This document shows positions 51,450 through 58,495 of a stretch of 64,000 bases of DNA, in pieces. Made by a program: the position numbers and the translations under genes. The DNA is taken from positions 18,846 through 82,845 of the IMG/VR virus record IMGVR_UViG_3300034062_007046; one strand, given 5' to 3'. Position 1 is the first letter of the stretch. Each line of letters starts with the position of its first letter. Below the pieces are notes generated by a model. It ran no database searches. It was not told where the DNA came from and saw only the letters and a program-made list of their open reading frames with translations. The DNA comes from a virus.

Positions 51450-52448
51450 ATGAAAGTATTAGCAACGTTGACAGTTTCCGGTGGTTTAAACATGGCTTCA
51501 ACAGCCAAAGACGAATTTACTATTGGAACACCTTTAGAAAATAATAATGGTCTTATAGATAATTTAACGGTCTATGCTAATGCTGATTTTAAAAATAATG
51601 TAATTATAGGAAGCAGCTCTACTGATACATTGCTCATCAATTCCAAGACAACTGCCTCTCAAGACTTATTTCTTAATAATGCTAATTTACTTATTAGTGG
51701 TTCTGGTACGATTTATTATAATGGCATGGATGTTTTTGCGTCTATGGACGGTGGCGCAAATGAAGGTGACGGTGAAGAACAAACTGTAACTGATATCGTG
51801 TCTGCTGGCGAAATTTTAACTTCAAGAAGTGGTTCTACGATAACGCTAACATTTAATACAGCTTCACTTGATGGTTATAAATTCTTACTAAATTCTTCAA
51901 ATTATACTCCTCAAGCTGGTGAAAAGACAATCTATTTTTCATTTGAACCGCACTATTCGGCTGTAACTTATTTTGATGCAAATTCGCAAGGATTAAACTT
52001 GAAACGCGCAGATTATGCAGTTTCAAATTTAAGTATGTCGATAAACCTCCCGCCAGTCCAAACTCATTTAGGCAAGACATTTACTTTTATAAATGCTACA
52101 TATGTCGGTAAATATACAGATTTTAATTCTATTGGGTATTCTTCTTCTGCTGGCGGATTAACTACAATAAATGGTAGGTATTCTGTTCATAAAATAATTT
52201 TTTATCCATACTCAAGTGGAAATTATACAGATTATATTGGATCTGGAAAATTAACCGAAACCAATATCTTAGAAACTTATTTAATAACAAATAACATAAA
52301 AGACTATATAATGGTTGTAGGTCATGAAAATGAAACAGACCAGCATAATTTTATTACGTTACAAGCAGTTTCATCAAGTCAATTTGGTTACACTTGGATG
52401 ATTAGGGACGTAAATGATTATCAGCCATTCTCCATAGCAGCAATTTAG
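51450..52448 (+). CDS. Fibre-like virion protein
   Basis: 'VIIGSSSTDTLLIN' fibre-like motif and 'INLPP..GKTFTFIN'. Confidence 0.5.
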   Translation: MKVLATLTVSGGLNMASTAKDEFTIGTPLENNNGLIDNLTVYANADFKNNVIIGSSSTDTLLINSKTTASQDLFLNNANLLISGSGTIYYNGMDVFASMDGGANEGDGEEQTVTDIVSAGEILTSRSGSTITLTFNTASLDGYKFLLNSSNYTPQAGEKTIYFSFEPHYSAVTYFDANSQGLNLKRADYAVSNLSMSINLPPVQTHLGKTFTFINATYVGKYTDFNSIGYSSSAGGLTTINGRYSVHKIIFYPYSSGNYTDYIGSGKLTETNILETYLITNNIKDYIMVVGHENETDQHNFITLQAVSSSQFGYTWMIRDVNDYQPFSIAAI

Positions 52449-52456
52449 GGGTTAAA

Positions 52457-52906
52457 ATGAATAAACAAGATTTAAAAAAAATTGTTAAGCCTATAATCAA
52501 AGAGTGCTTAACAGAGATATTGTATGAACAAGGATTAAACAAATTAATTGAAGAGTCAATTAAGACAAAACAGCGTGAAGTAGTAAAAGAAAACCGCGAA
52601 GAAGAATCGTCTTATGAAGCAAAAGAAGCTCGGTTTATGAAGCAAACAGCTTCAAGCAAGCCAAACAAGTTACAGGAAGCTAAGAAGCAATTATTACAGA
52701 AGATTTCAATGGGTGGATTTGACCCATTTGCAGGTTCAATGCCAATTGAAGGCAGTGAAGAACAAATTGTAGAAAATCTAAATCCTCAAGCAACAGTGTT
52801 ACCAGGTATTCAAGGCTCTGGTGTCGATATTTCAGGGCTTTTGGGACAAAATAAACAGATCTGGAAAGGTCTATCAACTGCCTTAAATAAAGGCAAGAAA
52901 GAATAA
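52457..52906 (+). CDS. Hypothetical head-module protein with 'KPIIKE' N-terminal motif
   Basis: MNKQDLKKIVKPIIKECLTEIL; C-terminal 'GVDISGL'. Confidence 0.6.
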   Translation: MNKQDLKKIVKPIIKECLTEILYEQGLNKLIEESIKTKQREVVKENREEESSYEAKEARFMKQTASSKPNKLQEAKKQLLQKISMGGFDPFAGSMPIEGSEEQIVENLNPQATVLPGIQGSGVDISGLLGQNKQIWKGLSTALNKGKKE

Positions 52907-52914
52907 GGTGTATT

Positions 52915-53178
52915 ATGGGAAGAGCAGCACATTTAGAAGTAAAATTACCACCGCACGTTAAGCCAACAAACGAAACTAATGATCAATTAATTAAAAAGTT
53001 TCTAAAAGAATGCAGTAAGGACTCTTTATTGCAATATTTATTTGAAAAAAGTGCTTATTCAAGAAGATTTGAAAAGAAATCCGTAATTACAAGACAAAAA
53101 AAACTTAAATATAAAAGAAATGCTAAAAAATATAATGAAGAAATAAATTCTAATCGTTTAGATAAGAAAGCAAAATAA
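52915..53178 (+). CDS. rpsU: Divergent phage-encoded ribosomal protein bS21
   Basis: 'EVK..NETNDQLIKKFLKECSKDSLL..RRFEKKSVITRQKK' follows the bS21 pattern; basic 87 aa protein directly before scaffold and MCP. Confidence 0.6.
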   Translation: MGRAAHLEVKLPPHVKPTNETNDQLIKKFLKECSKDSLLQYLFEKSAYSRRFEKKSVITRQKKLKYKRNAKKYNEEINSNRLDKKAK

Positions 53179-53233
53179 GATTCTGACAGGTTTTAAAGAT
53201 AAAAGATTAAATAGTCATTTGCGTATAAGTTAC

Positions 53234-53242
53234 ACTATTTAT
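53234..53242 (+). promoter_or_regulatory. Putative late promoter motif ACTATTTAT
   Basis: Recurrent motif upstream of the scaffold-MCP operon. Confidence 0.65.
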
Positions 53243-53280
53243 TTAAAAATATCTTTTCCTGATAACAGGAGTACAATTAT

Positions 53281-54699
53281 ATGTCAAATTTGTTAGAGCA
53301 AGCAATTATAGATGCTGCCGCGTTAAAAGAAGTGGCGATGAAGAACGCAGAAGCAGCGTTAATTGAAAAATATTCAAGAGAATTTAAAGAGTCTGTAGAA
53401 AGATTATTAGAGCAAGAGCAGCCAACCGTGGATACTGTTGCTTCTGCTGATCCATTAACAACATCTGCGGCTACTGATTCTTCTGGAATGCAATCAGGTA
53501 CGATGCAAAATGGTCCAGAAGAGGCTTTTAGTGATGTAGGATCTTCTTTCTTGGAAGGCGAGCAGCATGAGTTAGTAACAATTGATTTTAATGAATTAAA
53601 AAAACAAATATCCTCTGCGCTCTCACCACAGAGCCCAATGTTAAGCAGTCCAGAAATAGATCTTGCTACATCGGAAGAAGATTCAGAAGTAGCAACAGAA
53701 ATTAATGAAAATTTTGAAGAGAGCCATGATGCTGGTGGACAAGACAAATCGTCACCAAAAGATGACGGACTTCATGAAGAAGAATATGAAGTAGAGGAGG
53801 ATGTTTTAGTAGATCCTTTGGAAAAAGAAATAAGAGTAAAATCGGGGCTACCAGCAGAAGATTCAGAAGAAGAGCAAGATGAATATGAAGAATCCTTAAT
53901 GGCTCTTGAGGAGTTTGAGCTTGAAGAAGGTGCAGAGGACCAAATCCCAGCAGCAGAAAAAGCTGTCGGCGTTGCCCAAAACCGCTTAGGAAATTTAAAA
54001 GCACAAGCAGCAGAAGAGAAAGCAAAAGAAGAAGAAAAACTCGCTGCTATTAAATCTGGAAGCAGTGGCTTGGAAGAAGGTATTGAAATCTCTGAAGACG
54101 AACTGAAAGAATTAGCAGAAGCATTTAAAGTGGATCTTAAGATTGGTAACCTAAGCGACGGTCATATGGGAACAACGGAAAGAGAAAAACGAGAACAGCG
54201 CGCTCTTGAGTTGACTCTTGCCCGCGATGAAAAAGAAATGGAAGAAAGAAAGCAAGAAGAAGCAGAAATGGGTGATTTAAAGAAACAACTTGATGAATCA
54301 ATTAAGCTTGGTGACTCTTTGGTCAAAGAAAATGATGAATTAAACGAAAAAATGTTAGAAATGCAGGAAAATTTACAAATTTTGAGAGAAAATATTGAAA
54401 AATTAAGCATTTCAAACGCGAAATTACTATATACTAACAAAGTATTAGGAAATGCCTCGTTGAATGAGCGACAAAAACAACAAATTGTCGAAAACATTTC
54501 CAATTCTACCAGCGTTTTAGAGGCTAAAACCATCTATAACACGCTTCAAAGCACGGTGTCGGGTATTTCTTCTAAGAAACCGAAAGAATCACTTAGCGAA
54601 GCGTTGATCCGTGGTAACTCGCCTTTCATAACGCGCAAAAAAGAAGAATCAGAAATTCCATTCGCAGAACGAATGAAAAAATTAGCAGGTATAACCTAA
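53281..54699 (+). CDS. Prohead core scaffolding protein (gp22-like)
   Basis: Very acidic coiled coil with many (L/I)xE motifs, directly upstream of MCP; ends 'RMKKLAGI'. Confidence 0.75.
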   Translation: MSNLLEQAIIDAAALKEVAMKNAEAALIEKYSREFKESVERLLEQEQPTVDTVASADPLTTSAATDSSGMQSGTMQNGPEEAFSDVGSSFLEGEQHELVTIDFNELKKQISSALSPQSPMLSSPEIDLATSEEDSEVATEINENFEESHDAGGQDKSSPKDDGLHEEEYEVEEDVLVDPLEKEIRVKSGLPAEDSEEEQDEYEESLMALEEFELEEGAEDQIPAAEKAVGVAQNRLGNLKAQAAEEKAKEEEKLAAIKSGSSGLEEGIEISEDELKELAEAFKVDLKIGNLSDGHMGTTEREKREQRALELTLARDEKEMEERKQEEAEMGDLKKQLDESIKLGDSLVKENDELNEKMLEMQENLQILRENIEKLSISNAKLLYTNKVLGNASLNERQKQQIVENISNSTSVLEAKTIYNTLQSTVSGISSKKPKESLSEALIRGNSPFITRKKEESEIPFAERMKKLAGIT

Positions 54700-54732
54700 A
54701 AAACGTAAATATAAATTTACAGGAGATTAAAA

Positions 54733-56508
54733 ATGTCAAACGGAATGTTAGAAAGATTAACAGAAGGCGTCGTTGAACGCAACATGTTAAAGGAAACCGA
54801 AGCAGTTGTTTCCAAATGGGAAAAGTCAGGTCTATTAGAAGGTCTAAAGTCAACTCGTCAAAAGAGCACAATGGCAGTTCTCTTAGAGAACCAAGCTAAA
54901 GAATTACTAAAAGAATCAACCACAATGGCTGGTGGTGACGTACAAGGTTTCGCAGCAGTTGCGTTCCCAATCGTCCGCCGCGTATTTGCTGGCTTGATTG
55001 CTAACGATCTCGTAAGCGTTCAACCAATGAGCTTGCCATCAGGTCTTGTATTCTTCATGGATTTCAAGCGTGGTACAGACGTTGGTAATATCGGTGATCG
55101 TGTATTTTCACAAGATGAATCATTCTTCGGTGATCGTTTGGGCGTGCAAATCACTGGCGGTGTTCGTGTTGATGGTGTTGCATTCGCTGAAAAAGGTTTC
55201 TACAACATGGCAAATGGTTATAACACATCACGTTATAACACATTCGTACCAACAGCCAGCGTAGTCGAAGTTGCAACATTCGGTGTTGCAGGTGCTACAG
55301 CCGAACAAAAATCATTAGTACGTTGGGATGCCGACTTATTAAATGATTCAACCGTAGTATCGGCTTCAGTTCTCGAAGTTGCTCTTTCCGCGTTATCACA
55401 AAGCGCGCTATTAGCGGTACAAGACGTATTCGCGCTTTCAGTTGCTCAAGCTGCCTCTTATGTAGCTGGTACAGCTGGCGATGCAACAGGTTCAGCACTT
55501 GGTGGCACTACACCAAGAGTTATTCGTCGTCTAAGCAAGATCATCCAAAGCGGTTCATCTGGTGCAACAGCTGGTGTACCAGCACTACAATTCGTAGTTG
55601 CTGCTGGCGGTTCAGCTGCTAAGGCGACTGTTCTTTCAGGTTCACACGCGCTTCTTTCATACCCAATCAAGGACAATCTACAAAGCGTCGGCACAAATGC
55701 TCTCGGCGCTATCGTCGGTGACGCACCTTGGACATTCGAAGGTTCAGCAGCAATTCCAGAAATTGAATTGAAGGTTGATTCATTCTCAATCACTGCTCGT
55801 ACCCGCAAGCTCAAGGCTGCATGGACACCAGAATTAGGTCAAGATTTGAACGCATACCACAACTTGGATGCAGAAGTTGAATTGACCTCAATGTTGTCAG
55901 AACAAATCGGTCTTGAAATCGATCAAGAAATCATGAACGATCTTGTCAAGGGTCAAACAGCTGGCGTTAAGTACTGGTCACGCCGTCCAGGTAAATTCGT
56001 TAACCGTGATTCAGGCGTAGAAATCACTGGTACATACTCACCAGACTTCACTGGTAACGTAAGCATGTGGTACGAAACACTTGTTGAAACAATCAACGAC
56101 GTTTCAGCTCTCATCCACCGTAAGACATTACGTGGTGGTGCAAACTTCCTCGTTTGCGGTCCAGAAGTTGCAAACATCCTTGAATTCACTTCAGGATTCC
56201 GCGCTTCAGTAACTGCTGACGCAGAGAAGGGATCAATCGGTGCAGTTAAGACCGGCGATCTAAACAAGAAGTGGGATGTTATCGTTCATCCATACTTCCA
56301 CCGTAACGTAATTCTTGTCGGTCGTAAGGGTGCAAGCTTCCTCGAAAGCGGATATGTCTATGCTCCATACGTTCCACTACAAAGCACACCAACCATCTTC
56401 GATCCAGACACCTTCGTACCACGTAAGGCTGTTATGACTCGTTATGGTAAAGCAATGGTTCGCCCAGATATGTACGGCTTAGTTGTTGTACAAGATCTAT
56501 TAGGTTAA
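54733..56508 (+). CDS. Major capsid protein (T4 gp23-like)
   Basis: 'AVLLENQ', 'VRRVF..LIANDLVSVQPM..PSGLVF', 'RKLKAAWTPELGQDL', 'YAPYVPL', 'TRYG'. Confidence 0.97.
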   Translation: MSNGMLERLTEGVVERNMLKETEAVVSKWEKSGLLEGLKSTRQKSTMAVLLENQAKELLKESTTMAGGDVQGFAAVAFPIVRRVFAGLIANDLVSVQPMSLPSGLVFFMDFKRGTDVGNIGDRVFSQDESFFGDRLGVQITGGVRVDGVAFAEKGFYNMANGYNTSRYNTFVPTASVVEVATFGVAGATAEQKSLVRWDADLLNDSTVVSASVLEVALSALSQSALLAVQDVFALSVAQAASYVAGTAGDATGSALGGTTPRVIRRLSKIIQSGSSGATAGVPALQFVVAAGGSAAKATVLSGSHALLSYPIKDNLQSVGTNALGAIVGDAPWTFEGSAAIPEIELKVDSFSITARTRKLKAAWTPELGQDLNAYHNLDAEVELTSMLSEQIGLEIDQEIMNDLVKGQTAGVKYWSRRPGKFVNRDSGVEITGTYSPDFTGNVSMWYETLVETINDVSALIHRKTLRGGANFLVCGPEVANILEFTSGFRASVTADAEKGSIGAVKTGDLNKKWDVIVHPYFHRNVILVGRKGASFLESGYVYAPYVPLQSTPTIFDPDTFVPRKAVMTRYGKAMVRPDMYGLVVVQDLLG

Positions 56509-56530
56509 TCAAGAGCTTAAAAAGATAGAA

Positions 56531-56562
56531 GCCCCGCTAATCGAAAGGTTAGCGGGGTTTTT
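56531..56562 (+). terminator. Rho-independent terminator after MCP
   Basis: GCCCCGCTAATC-GAAA-GGTTAGCGGGGT followed by a T-run. Confidence 0.9.
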
Positions 56563-56585
56563 ATTTGCTTTAAACCGCGAACAAA

Positions 56586-56594
56586 ACTATTTAA
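56586..56594 (+). promoter_or_regulatory. Putative late promoter motif ACTATTTAA
   Basis: Lies between the terminator and the neck gene. Confidence 0.65.
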
Positions 56595-56618
56595 TTTATA
56601 TTATTTGAGGAAAAATAG

Positions 56619-57905
56619 ATGGCTTTACCTGTGTTATCGCCTGCTTCACAAATGAGCAAAGTTATATTACCAGTAACGGGTAATACAGCCAATGTTGTTG
56701 GTTCTGCATTACCATTTGGTATTTATACAAGCACAGATTATTGGACGCAAACGCAAGTAGATATGTTTAAAACAGGCGCTGCGGAACAAGTAACCTACAC
56801 ATACAAAAAAATAGGTGGCGATGTATTAGATATTGAATTAGTTGAAGGAAACGTATATGCTGCTTACGAAGAAGCAGTCTTAGAATACTCATACTTAATC
56901 AATCTGCACCAATCAAAGAATTTATTACCATTTGTTCTTGGACAAGCAACAGGAACATTTAACAACGACGGTCAATTAACTGGTTCTGACACTTCTATGG
57001 CAAGTGCTAATTTAGCATTTCCAAAAATGACTTTTAACTATGCAAAAAATATAGCTATAGGTGTTAGCAACGAAGCGCTTTTAAATGGAAATGAGCCTGT
57101 CTATTCAGCTTCTCTTGAGAGACTTGCGGGGGTTCAAGATTACGACCTACAAACAATAATAAGCGCCTCAAGCGCAATTAGCGGATGGGGAGTTGATAAC
57201 AAAAGAGTTGTCATAAGAAGAGTTTATTATAAATCACCGGGTGCAAGCTGGAACTTTTATGGATATTTCGGTGGTCTCAATGTTGTTGGCAATCTGAGTA
57301 CTTATGGACAATATGCGGATGATAGCACCTTTGAGATCATCCCAGCATGGCAAAATAAACTACAGGCTATGGCATATGAAGACGCGATCAAAACAAGAGT
57401 TTCAGATTGGTCATTTCAGATAAGAGATAATAAGCTAAGGCTATTCCCAGTGCCAAACGAATCAAGTCCAACAAACTATTGGGTTGAATTTACTGTTCCA
57501 AGCGATGCTTGGACACCGTCGATTGATTCAAATGGTAATCCAATAACTGATAGCGTTAATGGAATCAATAATATGAATACGATTCCACTACAAAACATAC
57601 CATATGATAAAATTAACAGCATCGGCAAACAATGGATTAGACGATTTGCTTTAGCGTTATGCAAGGAAATGCTCGGACATGTCCGTAGCAAGTTTAGCTC
57701 AGTTCCAATTCCTGGTGATAGTGTCACATTAGATGGTAAAGATCTAATCTCAGAAGCAAAAACAGATCAAAAAGACCTTAGAGAAGAATTAAAGACATTA
57801 TTGGCAGAAATGACATACGTTAAGGTCGGTGAAGATAGTGCTAAGATGATGGAAGACACAAGCAAAGTCCAAACATACGTTCCAAATTTGATATTTGTGG
57901 GATAA
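56619..57905 (+). CDS. Neck protein (T4 gp13-like)
   Basis: 'IGGDVLDIEL' and 'WIRRFALALCKEMLGHVRSKF..PIPG..TLDG'. Confidence 0.8.
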   Translation: MALPVLSPASQMSKVILPVTGNTANVVGSALPFGIYTSTDYWTQTQVDMFKTGAAEQVTYTYKKIGGDVLDIELVEGNVYAAYEEAVLEYSYLINLHQSKNLLPFVLGQATGTFNNDGQLTGSDTSMASANLAFPKMTFNYAKNIAIGVSNEALLNGNEPVYSASLERLAGVQDYDLQTIISASSAISGWGVDNKRVVIRRVYYKSPGASWNFYGYFGGLNVVGNLSTYGQYADDSTFEIIPAWQNKLQAMAYEDAIKTRVSDWSFQIRDNKLRLFPVPNESSPTNYWVEFTVPSDAWTPSIDSNGNPITDSVNGINNMNTIPLQNIPYDKINSIGKQWIRRFALALCKEMLGHVRSKFSSVPIPGDSVTLDGKDLISEAKTDQKDLREELKTLLAEMTYVKVGEDSAKMMEDTSKVQTYVPNLIFVG

Positions 57906-57910
57906 AATAA

Positions 57911-58417
57911 ATGCCAAGAAAGAAAAAAGAACAGAATGTTGCACAACTCCCACCAGAAGCTCCACCGCCTCCATTATTTCTTGGTGAAAAAGAGCGTAAT
58001 CTTGTTAAACAAGTAAATGATGAGATTATTGAAAGAGTTATTGGACAAACAGTTGTTTACTATCCAATAAGCAGAGAGCACACAAACTACCATCCTGTTT
58101 ATGGCGAAGCTGTACAAAAAACATTTTTAGCACCAATTAAAATTAATGTGCTTGTTGATTGGGAAGGTTCAAAAACTTCCACAGAGGCATTTGGTGTTGA
58201 TCGCGTTACTTCTATAGTTGTAAAATTTCACAGAAGAAGGCTAATTGAAGATCAAGAATTATACGTTAGAGAGGGCGATTTTGTATTATATGGTGATACT
58301 TTTTATGAAATAGTTACATTAAACGAAGCAAAAGTTTTGTTTGGACAAATTGATCACAAATTTGAAGTTTTGGCGAAGTGCATCAAAGCCAGAGAGAGCA
58401 TATTTAATGCAAAGTAA
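57911..58417 (+). CDS. Neck/head-closure protein (T4 gp14-like)
   Basis: 'GQTVVYY', 'VYGEA', 'EGDFV..FYEI', 'FGQ'; follows gp13. Confidence 0.7.
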   Translation: MPRKKKEQNVAQLPPEAPPPPLFLGEKERNLVKQVNDEIIERVIGQTVVYYPISREHTNYHPVYGEAVQKTFLAPIKINVLVDWEGSKTSTEAFGVDRVTSIVVKFHRRRLIEDQELYVREGDFVLYGDTFYEIVTLNEAKVLFGQIDHKFEVLAKCIKARESIFNAK

Positions 58418-58440
58418 AAAGACATTTCACTTTCTAAACT

Positions 58441-58449
58441 ACTATTTAT
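58441..58449 (+). promoter_or_regulatory. Putative late promoter motif ACTATTTAT
   Basis: Recurrent motif upstream of the sheath gene. Confidence 0.65.
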
Positions 58450-58495
58450 AATAAATTATTTTATAATTTGACAAGCTCCAAAGGAGAAATTAATA

